In this document: positions 37,773 to 47,071 of the stretch, one piece after another | How positions within the stretch are numbered: position 1 is the first letter of the stretch | Layout: every line of letters starts with the position of its first letter | Virus record (IMG/VR): IMGVR_UViG_3300030329_005304 | Span: 1-56,668 of that record | DNA from: a virus | Taxonomy: Duplodnaviria; Caudoviricetes | Length of the DNA stretch: 56,668 nt | Reading direction: 5' to 3' (one strand) | The notes under the pieces: generated by a model | What the model saw: the letters and a program-made list of their open reading frames with translations, nothing else | What the model was told of the DNA's origin: nothing | The model's database searches: none | Position numbers and translations under genes: made by a program

Positions 37773-38293
37773 GCCGCGTGCTCGTTTTGCTTTTGTTTTG
37801 CTCTGCCTGTGGTCCGCTGAGTTATGTCCGTCGCGCTCCGGTTCAGGCTCCAGATCCAACAGAAGCGCCGCCACTCACAACGCCAACCCTCCTTGAGGAT
37901 GACTGCGGAAGATTCCTCCTCGAGGACGGGAAGTGGAACGAGTTCGATTGGTCGCAGGGGGAGTCTTCTCTTGAGGTTATTCTCCCTGGGGACACTCACC
38001 CTGCTGTCGGCGATGACGGTAGGGCTCGGTGTCGCAGTGTCACTGTTGCTCCTGGCTGGTACGTGGTTGCTCGGGAGGCTAGGGACCGCTATCCGATGAT
38101 GAGGTCCCAACTTGAGCTCTGGTCGGACTATTCTTTGCGGGCAGCCGAGAGGCACCAAGAGGAGGGCGAGGAGATTGCAAGCCTTCTTCGGATGGCCAGG
38201 AGGCGTCAGGTAGAGGCTGCTTTTGTTGGGGCTGGAGTTGGCGCAGCCGCTGCGTCCGCCGTCTTGCTCTCCATTCTGTTGGCCGGGAGGTAG
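37769..38293 (+). CDS. Spanin-like lipoprotein with C-terminal TM
   Basis: Signal and lipobox MSRVLVLLLFCSAC; C-terminal AAFVGAGVGAAAASAVLLSILL. Confidence 0.55.
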   Translation: MSRVLVLLLFCSACGPLSYVRRAPVQAPDPTEAPPLTTPTLLEDDCGRFLLEDGKWNEFDWSQGESSLEVILPGDTHPAVGDDGRARCRSVTVAPGWYVVAREARDRYPMMRSQLELWSDYSLRAAERHQEEGEEIASLLRMARRRQVEAAFVGAGVGAAAASAVLLSILLAGR

Positions 38294-38295
38294 AG

Positions 38296-38430
38296 ATGAG
38301 GTACAAGAAGACAACGCCTTCGTCTGCGTATGGCAAGCCAAAGTCGAGGCCTGCGAAGAAGTCGGCCGGCAAGAAGAAGAAGAAGGCTCGGCGATCGACG
38401 ACGTCGACAACTAGGACGAGGACGAGGTAA
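38296..38430 (+). CDS. Small, highly basic protein (44 aa)
   Basis: GGGAGG SD; MRYKKTTPSSAYGKPKSRPAKKSAGKKKKKARRSTTSTTRTRTR; TAATG overlap with the next gene; missing from the ORF track. Confidence 0.7.
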   Translation: MRYKKTTPSSAYGKPKSRPAKKSAGKKKKKARRSTTSTTRTRTR

Positions 38431-38798
38431 TGGCAACTGCAGTCACAGCGAAGCAGGGCAACCCGATTGGCTCAGTCCTGTTCACAGTCACCGAGACGTC
38501 GACTAGCGCGACCGCGGTGAACCTGGACGGAACGTCCGGGTCGATCATCATGATTGAGATCGACAACACGGCGAACACGTCCGCAACCTTCCTCTCCCTC
38601 TGGGACGCTGGATCCGCCACGCCCGGGACGACGGACGAGGACTTTGCGTTCATGTGCCCCGCGTCCACTCGAATCACCTACGCCTGCCCCGATGGGTGCG
38701 CGTACGGGACCGGCCTGACGGCTGCTCTGGTGACCGGCGTCGGGACCGCTGTGGGCCCGAGTTCCACCGCAACTGCCTACATCCTGGCGAGCACTTAG
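38430..38798 (+). CDS. Small beta-sandwich protein, paralogue 1 (probably virion)
   Basis: Similar to 38808..39179. Confidence 0.7.
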   Translation: MATAVTAKQGNPIGSVLFTVTETSTSATAVNLDGTSGSIIMIEIDNTANTSATFLSLWDAGSATPGTTDEDFAFMCPASTRITYACPDGCAYGTGLTAALVTGVGTAVGPSSTATAYILAST

Positions 38799-38807
38799 GG
38801 GTCCAAT

Positions 38808-39179
38808 ATGGCTGTCTCTGTCACAAGTTCTGGTGTATCGAACCCGTTCACCGTCCGGGCCATCGACATCACCGACCTCGAGCACACGGGACTGAATGAC
38901 TTCGTCAGCTCGTCGACGACGGTCTACACGTTGGACCTGGACAACTCGGCCAACGGTGCGGCCACGTACTTCAAGCTCTACGACAACGCGAGCCCGACCT
39001 ACGGAACGACGCAGCCAAGCCTGATTGTTCAGGTGGCTGCGTCGACCCGAACGGTCTGGACGATCGCTCAGGGGCTGGCGCTGTCGTCTGGCTTCTCGGT
39101 GATGGCGAGCACGGACGACGGTGAGGGCAACGCTGGAGCCCCGGGCTCGTCGTTCAACGCATCGGTCGTCTGCACGTAG
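38808..39179 (+). CDS. Small beta-sandwich protein, paralogue 2 (probably virion)
   Basis: LDNSANGAATYFKLYD...GTT...ASTR versus IDNTANTSATFLSLWD...GTT...ASTR. Confidence 0.7.
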   Translation: MAVSVTSSGVSNPFTVRAIDITDLEHTGLNDFVSSSTTVYTLDLDNSANGAATYFKLYDNASPTYGTTQPSLIVQVAASTRTVWTIAQGLALSSGFSVMASTDDGEGNAGAPGSSFNASVVCT

Positions 39180-39309
39180 CCTCTATTCATCAGAAGGACG
39201 AGCGCCTTCTTGATGACCTCCCGACGCTCTTCGCTTGCCGCTCTGGCTAGGCACACTCTGAGCAGGTAGATGGCCTGTGTGACTGTGACGTGGTCCGGTC
39301 CGCCCTGAC

Positions 39310-39528
39310 TCACGACACCCCCACAAGTGCGGCGAGCGCACCGCCGAAGAGCACGAAGATTCCGAAGCTCAGGGCCATGAAGAACATCCAGAGCATGAAG
39401 AGTGCGGGGATGGCGGCGAACGCGGCCTTGATGAAGAGGCCGACGAGGTTCAGGAAGGCGAGGTCCAGGTGGACGAGCTGGGCCGGAACCGGGTCCTCTG
39501 GCTCGTTGTTGATCCGAGTGTCAGTCAT
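39310..39528 (-). CDS. Small membrane protein
   Basis: Long hydrophobic stretch. Confidence 0.6.
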   Translation of the reverse strand: MTDTRINNEPEDPVPAQLVHLDLAFLNLVGLFIKAAFAAIPALFMLWMFFMALSFGIFVLFGGALAALVGVS

Positions 39529-39539
39529 GTTCAGTTCTT

Positions 39540-39785
39540 TCAGTTGTCTGGCTCGGGTGCTTCCGTGAGAAAGAACCCTCTTGCGTCTTCGTCGTGGGCC
39601 GTCGACATGATCCGGGAAAGCTCGCGGGCAAAGTCTGCCTCGCCGTGTACCTCCTCATAGTCGACCTCCCGGTGCTTTAGGGCCTCGTTCGGCTGAGAGA
39701 GCAGGAAGCCCATCGCGTGGTTGAACGCCTCGCTGCTCGTGTCTCCAAAACCAATAACCGGGATGTGGAATTCAAATACCTTCAT
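39540..39785 (-). CDS. Hypothetical protein
   Basis: ORF in operon context. Confidence 0.6.
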   Translation of the reverse strand: MKVFEFHIPVIGFGDTSSEAFNHAMGFLLSQPNEALKHREVDYEEVHGEADFARELSRIMSTAHDEDARGFFLTEAPEPDN

Positions 39786-40017
39786 CGTGCCCCTGCAGCT
39801 TTAGGATCGTCTCTCTCAGGGCGTGGTAGCAGTTGGTGCAGACCACGGCGTAGTTCAACTCTACGCCAGAACGTTGACCGTCCCGCTCAATCAGAATTTC
39901 CGCCGGGACAGCAAACGGACCATTCTCGATGCCGTCAGGGCACCAAGCGCAAATGCCTCCACGGCGGTCCTCGATGTCTGTCGCGATCTCATTCAGCCTT
40001 GCGATAGAGCGAATCAT
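39772..40017 (-). CDS. Small Zn-finger protein
   Basis: CAWC...CTNC; ATG overlaps the RuvC stop. Confidence 0.55.
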   Translation of the reverse strand: MIRSIARLNEIATDIEDRRGGICAWCPDGIENGPFAVPAEILIERDGQRSGVELNYAVVCTNCYHALRETILKLQGHDEGI

Positions 40018-40505
40018 CCGAACAGTCTCCTGCAGTACTCTGCGATGCATCCAGCGTCTGCGATGTTGTCGTCTGGCTTCCTCTTTCGACCGGGGGTTAG
40101 GTCGAGGGACGGGAGAAGCCGGCGACAAGCGGCAATGCTTCTTGGCTTTGGGTCTCCGCCGCCTGGGCAGACCTCAGACTGCCAGCGCTTTGGCTGGGCG
40201 ACGTCGTACCTGCACCCGAGCCCTGTGAGGAATCCATCCAGGCGCCCCCAGTTCTTTCCCATCGTGATGGCTGACCCGGCGCCCATCTTTGGCGACGGAC
40301 GCGCACCGAGGGACTCTATGACCGCGCAGAGGCTGTCCACAGTGCAGCCCTCCTCATAGCAAACTCCCTCGAGCCAGGAGCACATACTCCTCAGGTCGAG
40401 ATCCTTTCCCATGTGAGGGAGTTTTGTGGCTCCAGCAAGGGAGCCGTCCCCACGAAGGAGGACGGCTGCACCTTGCTTTCCCGGATCGATCCCGAGATAG
40501 AGCAT
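40014..40505 (-). CDS. ruvC: RuvC-like Holliday junction resolvase
   Basis: LGIDPG, VIE, DNIADA catalytic motifs. Confidence 0.85.
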   Translation of the reverse strand: MLYLGIDPGKQGAAVLLRGDGSLAGATKLPHMGKDLDLRSMCSWLEGVCYEEGCTVDSLCAVIESLGARPSPKMGAGSAITMGKNWGRLDGFLTGLGCRYDVAQPKRWQSEVCPGGGDPKPRSIAACRRLLPSLDLTPGRKRKPDDNIADAGCIAEYCRRLFG

Positions 40506-40507
40506 CC

Positions 40508-40984
40508 CTAGAAGGGGATGTCGTCGTCGACGACGCTGGCGGCACTCGCCTGGTTGAAGTAGAAGTTGGGGTAGCCGTTCGCCTTGGTGACCTGTCGGAC
40601 GCTCACCGGCCTGTCCTTGACCTCGCTTACAATTGCACCGGCACTGTTCGTCTCCTTGTTGTAGACCGCCTCCTTCGACGGAAGGCTTCCGGTCAAAAGA
40701 AGGAGGTCCTCCGCAAGGATCTTGAGGCCAATCCTAGAGGCCGACTGGAACTTCTCGAAGTAGGCCCCAGAGCGCAGCCCGTCGGTGACCTCAAGGCCCC
40801 AGCGGTAGAAGGCGCCCTTGGGCGACTCGAAGTAGTCGAAGCTCACAACACGGCAGCGGTACTCGCCATCCTCGAGCTCGGCCACCGGGGGCCTTGCGCC
40901 ACTGCTTCGAGACCCACCACTTGGCCTCAAGGAGCCCGCGTCGAACTCACCCCACACGTCGTCGATCATGTTCTCACTTCCCAT
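40508..40984 (-). CDS. SSB-like (DUF669-type) protein
   Basis: LEDGEYRCRV N-terminal motif; acidic DDDIPF tail. Confidence 0.75.
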   Translation of the reverse strand: MGSENMIDDVWGEFDAGSLRPSGGSRSSGARPPVAELEDGEYRCRVVSFDYFESPKGAFYRWGLEVTDGLRSGAYFEKFQSASRIGLKILAEDLLLLTGSLPSKEAVYNKETNSAGAIVSEVKDRPVSVRQVTKANGYPNFYFNQASAASVVDDDIPF

Positions 40985-41714
40985 CACTACTCTCCTTTTG
41001 CCCGAAGGCATCATTGAATGCCCGCTCCAGGGCCCCGAAGTTAAGCTCCAGGACGTCCGGAATTGGCTTACCAAGCTCGCCGCGCTGGCCGCACTCGATG
41101 TGCTCTGTCTTTGTCCTAAGTGGCGCCGTCCTGAGAGCACGCTCTCCGTCCTCCTGAATCTCAGCCCTCAGGATGAAGTCCACAGCGCCGTGGAGCACCT
41201 TACGTGCGCTCCCAGGGAGGGCTGACGTCACCAGGGCGGCGCCGCTCCTCTTCCCAAAGTCGTCAACCTCAATCTCCCGCCTCTCGTGGGAGATGAAGAC
41301 CAACGTCATCCCAAGCCCGCGAAGCGCAGCGACGGAGTTCGTCAGCTTCCTTCGTGCGAGCTTGTACCCCTTGCCGAACCCGGGGTCGCCGAGGTCCGTC
41401 CACCCGTTGGCGGAGCAGACTTCGTCGACGAGGAACTCGTAGAGGTTGTCGACCGTGTCGATGACCAGCGTCTTCCATGGGTGCTTCTCGGTCTTCAGAG
41501 CCTTCACCGCAGATCGGAAGTCCGTCCACGAGTTCACCGGAATCTCAGCCGCTGACATGGCCGCAGTTCCCGGCTCCGTAGCAAGGAAGCATGCGTCGTG
41601 GAACCCGTTTGCGAACGTAGTCTTTCCGATCTTTGGAGCCCCGTAGACCAACCAAAGATACGCACTCATATCTCTTCGAGGCTCATGCCTCTCCGTGGGA
41701 ACAATGCCCATCAC
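40974..41714 (-). CDS. Sak4-like / AAA_24 ATPase
   Basis: VYGAPKIGKTT Walker A, LVIDT Walker B. Confidence 0.85.
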   Translation of the reverse strand: MMGIVPTERHEPRRDMSAYLWLVYGAPKIGKTTFANGFHDACFLATEPGTAAMSAAEIPVNSWTDFRSAVKALKTEKHPWKTLVIDTVDNLYEFLVDEVCSANGWTDLGDPGFGKGYKLARRKLTNSVAALRGLGMTLVFISHERREIEVDDFGKRSGAALVTSALPGSARKVLHGAVDFILRAEIQEDGERALRTAPLRTKTEHIECGQRGELGKPIPDVLELNFGALERAFNDAFGQKESSDGK

Positions 41715-42590
41715 TCACTCCTTCCCACCCAACTCCGGGTGAATCTGTTCATCCACTCGATACGCGGCCTCAGTGACCGCTCCACTACACAGGTCCAAGA
41801 ACTCGCACCGGCCAAAGCGACCAACGCACGAGTTCGCATTGCGCGGCGCGTGGCCGCCACTCTCGTTTGAAAGGATCCGAAGATGCTTCTCCCAGGCGTC
41901 CTTTCTCCACAACTCAATCTGATCGTCAGACCGATCGACAATCTCCTCGTGGAAGTACCTCTCCGGCTTGGTCTGGTACTCCTCCTCAACACGACGGAGG
42001 TACTCGGGGACGCTCTCGTTCTTGCGAACCCGGATGCTGACCTTCAGGGCCACTCGGTAGACGGACTGGCGAATCCTCCGCCCCAGGACCCTGGACATGG
42101 CGTCTTGGTAGGTGTCCACCTGCTGGTCCACCTCGAGGCGGTCGATATAGTCCCGGTCGAGTCGTGAGGTGGTCTTGTACTCGTAGGTCCTGTCCGCACC
42201 AACACCATCAACCTTGCCCCCAAGGCGGTGTCGACGGGACGGTCTGCCTGTCTCCGGGTTGATAAGGGGGACGCAGAATTCGACCTCCCTCTCGCTGGGC
42301 TGCTCGGACCCAGACCAGGCCTTGATCGCACCGCGAACCATGCTCTCAACCTGGCCAGCAGCAATCTCCACACGCTGGCGGTCTTCCTGGATGAAGGCCC
42401 GCTCAAGACCCTTTCTGACAAACTGACCAGCCGCCTGTGGATTACCGTGCTCAATCCCCAGGTGAAACGCCGTCCCGAAGCGCAGAGGAAGTCCCTGAAG
42501 CATGGGTCGAAGGCGCTTCAGATAACGGAGCTGGTGATATCTCTCGCACTTCCCAAAGGCTGACAGTTCGGACTGGGTCAAAGCTCGCAT
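41715..42590 (-). CDS. Cas4/RecB-like PD-(D/E)XK exonuclease
   Basis: N-terminal Cys, GTAFH, KVDG...EYKT, C-terminal C-x6-C-x5-C. Confidence 0.85.
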   Translation of the reverse strand: MRALTQSELSAFGKCERYHQLRYLKRLRPMLQGLPLRFGTAFHLGIEHGNPQAAGQFVRKGLERAFIQEDRQRVEIAAGQVESMVRGAIKAWSGSEQPSEREVEFCVPLINPETGRPSRRHRLGGKVDGVGADRTYEYKTTSRLDRDYIDRLEVDQQVDTYQDAMSRVLGRRIRQSVYRVALKVSIRVRKNESVPEYLRRVEEEYQTKPERYFHEEIVDRSDDQIELWRKDAWEKHLRILSNESGGHAPRNANSCVGRFGRCEFLDLCSGAVTEAAYRVDEQIHPELGGKE

Positions 42591-42705
42591 CGTATGTCTC
42601 CAGCAAGAGGGGCGAAGCCCCGCAGTATTCACAGGCAACCTCGCCACCAAGGCGAGGCGTCACAGTCTCGTGGTCACAGAAGCAACAAAGGACACCCACG
42701 CAAGA

Positions 42706-42734
42706 ACCCTACCGAATGGCGCATTGCAGGTCAA
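42706..42734 (-). promoter_or_regulatory. Putative promoter of the recombination operon
   Basis: TTGACC-N17-TAGGGT. Confidence 0.5.
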
Positions 42735-42783
42735 CGGGTTATGCTACAAATGTCGCGCGGCCAGCAGGGCCTAGGAGGCGTAC

Positions 42784-43050
42784 ATGTCGAAGTTGGAGTT
42801 ACAGGGAACCAGACTCTTGCGGGTCTGGATGCAGAATGAGTCTCTGACGAGGCGTAGTGCGGCTTCCCGGCTGGGTGTCGGGTTGGCGACTTTGGACTCG
42901 TGGGTTCAGGGGCTTAGGCGTCCTGGCCTGTTTGCCGCTCGGGTTATTGAGGAGGCCTCTAGTGGTCTCGTCAGGGCTGACGACTGGTTGACTGGGGACG
43001 AGCTTGCCCAGGTCCGATCTGCTGGGAGGTCTAGTCAGGCCCCCTCCTGA
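42784..43050 (+). CDS. Cro/XRE-family HTH regulator
   Basis: TRRSAASRLGVGLATLDSWVQGLRRPG...GLVRADDW; AGGAGG SD. Confidence 0.8.
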   Translation: MSKLELQGTRLLRVWMQNESLTRRSAASRLGVGLATLDSWVQGLRRPGLFAARVIEEASSGLVRADDWLTGDELAQVRSAGRSSQAPS

Positions 43051-44332
43051 ACCCCGGGTCCCATAGTTCCGGATCCCTAAACCACCCATCACCCGGGGAC
43101 CAGAAGGCCATCCCGGTTCCGGCGGGGCCGTGTCTGTTGGCTCGAACGATGAGCTCAACCTGCGCCGGTCGAGGGAAGTGCTCGTTGTAGTACGCCTCCC
43201 GGTAGACGAAGACGACAGCGTCGGCGTCCTGCTCGACTCGCCCAGAGCCCCGGATGTCGCTCATGATGGGTCGCTTGTCGTGACGCTCTTCGCATCGACG
43301 GTTCACTTGGACGAGCAGGAGGATGGGGATTTCGAGTTCCTCCGCGAGGAGCTTGAACAGTTTGGACGCCTTTCCGATCTCCTCTTCCTCGGACCGGGCC
43401 CCAGACATCTCGAGCAACTGCAGGTAGTCAACGCCAGCGGCGACGATCCCGTGCTTCCTGTGAGCCCTCCTGATGCTAGAGCAGACGGACTTGACCGACC
43501 TCGCCTTGTAGTCGAAGAACATCGGGACATTCGCCCACTCCCTGAAGGCAACCTCAGCCCCGTTGGAGAAGGCCTCCGCGTCCTTTGTCCGCACGTCCGT
43601 CGTGGTGCTTAGAATGCGACGGGCCAGGGCGGCCCTCCCCATCTCAGCGGAACAGAAAAGCACCGGGCCATGGTCCCTGGCCACGTTGGCCAGAAGAGAC
43701 ATCGCCAGGTGTGTCTTGCCCATCTTCGGCCTACCGCCCAGCACGACAACGTGGCCAGGGCCAGCGGACACGAACCTGTCTAGAGCGAACAGCCCCCACT
43801 TCATCTCCTGACCACCACTGGTCAGAAGGCTCACCCGCTCGGAGGCCCAGGATCGGATGATCTCTTCAGCAGTTTCCACATACTCGACCGACCCGGTGGC
43901 CGAGCTCGACGCACCAAGGGCGGACTCGAGGACCTCGTGCAGGTCGCTTGCCGTTGCCCCGCCCTTGCTTGCCCTGTGGATAACTTCCCTTGCAGCAAGG
44001 AGGAGGCCTGTTGCCCGGCTTGAGTCCAGGATGTCCGACACGTACTCATCTATGCGCGTGGCGGAGGGGCAGGACGAGGTGAGGTTCGTCAGGAAGAACA
44101 TCCCACCAGCAGACTCGACCTCAGACGGGTACCGCTCGACCAGCGAAGGGATCGTCAGGGATCGCCCTGCGGCGACAGACTCGACGAGGATCCCCCAGAC
44201 CCTCTTCAGGGACGGGTCGGTGAAGTGGTCCTCCTGGAGACCAAGGCTTCCCGCCTCATGAACGACAGACTCCCCCCCAAGGAATGCGGCGCCAAGGAGC
44301 GCCCTCTCTGCAAAACCCGAACTAACAGTCAT
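43031..44332 (-). CDS. dnaB: DnaB-like replicative helicase
   Basis: GRPKMGKT, SAEM, VDYLQL, RGSGRVEQDAD. Confidence 0.93.
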   Translation of the reverse strand: MTVSSGFAERALLGAAFLGGESVVHEAGSLGLQEDHFTDPSLKRVWGILVESVAAGRSLTIPSLVERYPSEVESAGGMFFLTNLTSSCPSATRIDEYVSDILDSSRATGLLLAAREVIHRASKGGATASDLHEVLESALGASSSATGSVEYVETAEEIIRSWASERVSLLTSGGQEMKWGLFALDRFVSAGPGHVVVLGGRPKMGKTHLAMSLLANVARDHGPVLFCSAEMGRAALARRILSTTTDVRTKDAEAFSNGAEVAFREWANVPMFFDYKARSVKSVCSSIRRAHRKHGIVAAGVDYLQLLEMSGARSEEEEIGKASKLFKLLAEELEIPILLLVQVNRRCEERHDKRPIMSDIRGSGRVEQDADAVVFVYREAYYNEHFPRPAQVELIVRANRHGPAGTGMAFWSPGDGWFRDPELWDPGFRRGPD

Positions 44333-45255
44333 TGGTGAACTCCGTTCCGCCCCTCGAGCCACCGCATCACCTCAACCTCAACGGACGGTGACGGGACCGG
44401 GAGCTTGTACTCGGACATGTAATGAATGAGGGAGCCAGCAAGCATCGGCCTGCCGAGCTGCTCGCACTCATCCTTGAAGCGCAAGGCAGCCGAGGCGTTC
44501 TTCTCCAGCCAACCCTCAAGAGACGTAGAGGCGCCGGACCACTCCAGAGCCGACTCCACCCGCCCAGGCAACTTCGAGGCGACGAGGATGTTGTTCAGCC
44601 TGTCGTAGCCGTTCTTCCGTTGGTATGCGTAGGAGGTGGACTCCTTAGCCCAACGGACGACGAGGCAGAGGTCGTCAGCGGAGTGCTCCCTCAGAGCCTT
44701 CTCGATGAGTTTCCGCCAACTCGCCGTGGGCTCCTGTCGGCTTCGCGGGTGATACCCGCGGTAGACCGACCAGACCTTGGCGACATCACCAGCATGATCA
44801 GACCCCGGGTCTGATCGTTCTTCCATACCTCCATCCTTCCATACCTCCAATACGACTTCTTGGTGACACGGCGTCTGTTGACCTTCGACACCGTGTCGAA
44901 CAAAAGTCGTCAAACTTTTTTCACGAGGCTCGGGGTTGGCCGACTTTCTTTCTGATGTCGGTACCTTCTGGTGCTTTGTGAAGTTGTTGACGAGAACGTA
45001 AATGCGGCCCGCAGCCTCGTATGGGGATATGCACCCAACCGCCCTGAGCTCTTCTGCGAGAGAGGTGACGTCAAGTTCGGGTTCGTGGGGGAAGGCGTGT
45101 GCGTGGACCTGCATCGGGATCCATCTAAACCGACCGGACCTGTCTGCGAGTTGCCACATTGCAACGAACAGGAGCCTGGCGTGAGGGGTACACGACGCCA
45201 GTCCCTCATGATGAAAGAACGCCGGCTTCACCGACCTGATACGAGCCACACCCAC
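44329..45255 (-). CDS. Phage replication initiator / replisome organiser
   Basis: ARIRSVKPAFF...LFVAMWQLAD..GR...NFTKHQK N-domain, upstream of DnaB. Confidence 0.75.
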   Translation of the reverse strand: MGVARIRSVKPAFFHHEGLASCTPHARLLFVAMWQLADRSGRFRWIPMQVHAHAFPHEPELDVTSLAEELRAVGCISPYEAAGRIYVLVNNFTKHQKVPTSERKSANPEPREKSLTTFVRHGVEGQQTPCHQEVVLEVWKDGGMEERSDPGSDHAGDVAKVWSVYRGYHPRSRQEPTASWRKLIEKALREHSADDLCLVVRWAKESTSYAYQRKNGYDRLNNILVASKLPGRVESALEWSGASTSLEGWLEKNASAALRFKDECEQLGRPMLAGSLIHYMSEYKLPVPSPSVEVEVMRWLEGRNGVHQ

Positions 45256-45265
45256 TTCCTCCTAG

Positions 45266-45499
45266 CTAGAGCCACTCAACGTGGCCGAACGGCAGTTCTT
45301 CGACGGTCATCCCCGTGTAGTCCACCCAGTCGCTGAAGCTGCGAAGCTTCCCTGTGCTTTCGTCGTACGGTGCGCCTCGTCGCTCCTGCCCTTCCTCGTA
45401 GGCCGCTCTGAGCGCACCGAGCGCCTCCTCCTTCGTGCGCCCAACGACTGTCAACTCGTAACCGAAGACGCTCATTTGGGCGAGGTAGACCTTGTCCAT
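45266..45499 (-). CDS. Hypothetical protein
   Basis: Operon context. Confidence 0.6.
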   Translation of the reverse strand: MDKVYLAQMSVFGYELTVVGRTKEEALGALRAAYEEGQERRGAPYDESTGKLRSFSDWVDYTGMTVEELPFGHVEWL

Positions 45500-45501
45500 G
45501 G

Positions 45502-45831
45502 CTAGTCCCTCTCGAGGGCGGAGACTTCCCGAAGCGCCTGTCCTACCTTGCTCTCTAGGCCCCGCCTGGCTCTTGCCTTGGCGACTGCCTGTCGGGACAC
45601 GCCGAGATCTCTCGCGACCCTTCCGTCCGACCAGACACCCAGCATTGGGTGGTAGTCGCCCCTTCGCCTTGCTCCCTGAGGGCTCACCACGCCGAAGCGG
45701 ATCGCTGTCTTCCTGGCGGTCTCAAAGCTTATCCCCCACTTCTCAGACAGCTTGCGAAGAGACTGGAGGGCCTCGTAGTCTTCGATGAACTCGTCCCTCC
45801 TGTCCTCCTGGACCGCAAAACACCTACCCAT
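45502..45831 (-). CDS. Protein with two HTH-like motifs
   Basis: SLRKLSEKWGISFETAR and SDGRVARDLGVSRQAV. Confidence 0.65.
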   Translation of the reverse strand: MGRCFAVQEDRRDEFIEDYEALQSLRKLSEKWGISFETARKTAIRFGVVSPQGARRRGDYHPMLGVWSDGRVARDLGVSRQAVAKARARRGLESKVGQALREVSALERD

Positions 45832-45832
45832 T

Positions 45833-47056
45833 TCACTCTCCCTTCTGAGCAAGCAGTACCTGCTCTGCTATTCGCTGCGCCACGATTGGCGTAACGGCGT
45901 TACCTACCTGTGAATACCGGCTCTTCTTCGTGCTTCCCTGGAACGGGTATCCGTCCGGGAAGTCCATCAACTTGGCGCACTCCTCGATGGTCAGCCTCCT
46001 CCGTCCGGTCGCGAGCCAGACGGCATCAGACGCTCGGTCGACACCTCCGGATCGTTTCCCATTCTTCATCACCTTCCCCATGTGCCTGCCCCTGGTCCCC
46101 TTGACCTCTGTTGTGGTCACCGTGGGAGAGGGTCTGTCTAGGAGTTCTGGTCTCGAGCCGGCGACTACCCACGGGCCGGCGTTTCCGATCTGAGCGGCTG
46201 GGATCGTAGTGCATGGCTCGTCGGTAAGGTCTCTGTAGTTCCTCTTGTGCAAAACCTCCTTCGATTGCGGGTTCCTCCCTCCCCCGATGACCCGAAGCAT
46301 CTGGTTCCCGCGCCCGTTGATGGCAGGTGCGGGCTCCTTGAGCGTGTGCGGTCTCTCCTGGCTGGGGTTGTTGTCGCTGTTCCTGCCGCCGTCGAGCTGC
46401 ACGCCCCTCAGTGCGGTGAGTCCGAGGGCTTTTCCGACCGTGTTCCACGGCTTCTTTGCGAGGGCGAACAGGCTCTGTTGTGCGCCTCCAGGGTCTTGGT
46501 GGGTGGTCTCTGGCCACTTGATCGGGTGGGGCCCACCCACAACGAACACTCGGCGTCGCCTTTGCGGTACACCGAAGTCAGCACTGTCTAGGATCGTCCA
46601 TCCGACCCAGTCGTAGTGCCGCCTGAGGTCCTTAAGAATGACCTCGTTGAAGTAGGCATTCGGGCACCTCGGCAGTCCGATGCACCTCGACCCGCCCTTG
46701 CACTCCCCCTTGTGGTTGGTCAGTCCAACTACGTTCTCTCCGATGAACCACTCGGGGGCCAGGAAGTCGATAACGTCGACGGTCCATGGCCAACCGTTCC
46801 TGGGGTCCTCGGCGCCCTTCCTTCCTCCTGCGGTAGACCACGCCTGACAAGGAAATGAGGACCACAGGAGGTCTGGAGACATGCCCTCGTACAGAGAGAG
46901 GTCCCGGACGTCACCCTGGACCGCAGGGAGCCCCGCAGCCCGCATCGTGGCGCAGGCGTCTTCATCCCACTCAACGCAAGCGAGGTGTTCAAGTCCCGCA
47001 GCCTCGAGTCCAATGGCAGCGCCCCCAGCTCCAGCGAATAGCTCAAGTACTTTCAT
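45833..47056 (-). CDS. C5-cytosine DNA methyltransferase
   Basis: FAGAGG, FPCQ, ENV, QRRRR, GNAV motifs. Confidence 0.93.
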   Translation of the reverse strand: MKVLELFAGAGGAAIGLEAAGLEHLACVEWDEDACATMRAAGLPAVQGDVRDLSLYEGMSPDLLWSSFPCQAWSTAGGRKGAEDPRNGWPWTVDVIDFLAPEWFIGENVVGLTNHKGECKGGSRCIGLPRCPNAYFNEVILKDLRRHYDWVGWTILDSADFGVPQRRRRVFVVGGPHPIKWPETTHQDPGGAQQSLFALAKKPWNTVGKALGLTALRGVQLDGGRNSDNNPSQERPHTLKEPAPAINGRGNQMLRVIGGGRNPQSKEVLHKRNYRDLTDEPCTTIPAAQIGNAGPWVVAGSRPELLDRPSPTVTTTEVKGTRGRHMGKVMKNGKRSGGVDRASDAVWLATGRRRLTIEECAKLMDFPDGYPFQGSTKKSRYSQVGNAVTPIVAQRIAEQVLLAQKGE

Positions 47057-47071
47057 CTCTCTTCTCCTTCG

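Noticed and set aside
42451-42699. Cys-rich ORF upstream of the exonuclease
   Set aside because: Overlaps the exonuclease by about 140 nt and has no clear SD.
43809-43824. Degenerate palindrome A (TGACCACCACTGGTCA) in dnaB, and a weaker one at 53906
   Set aside because: Mismatched and inside coding sequence; not counted.
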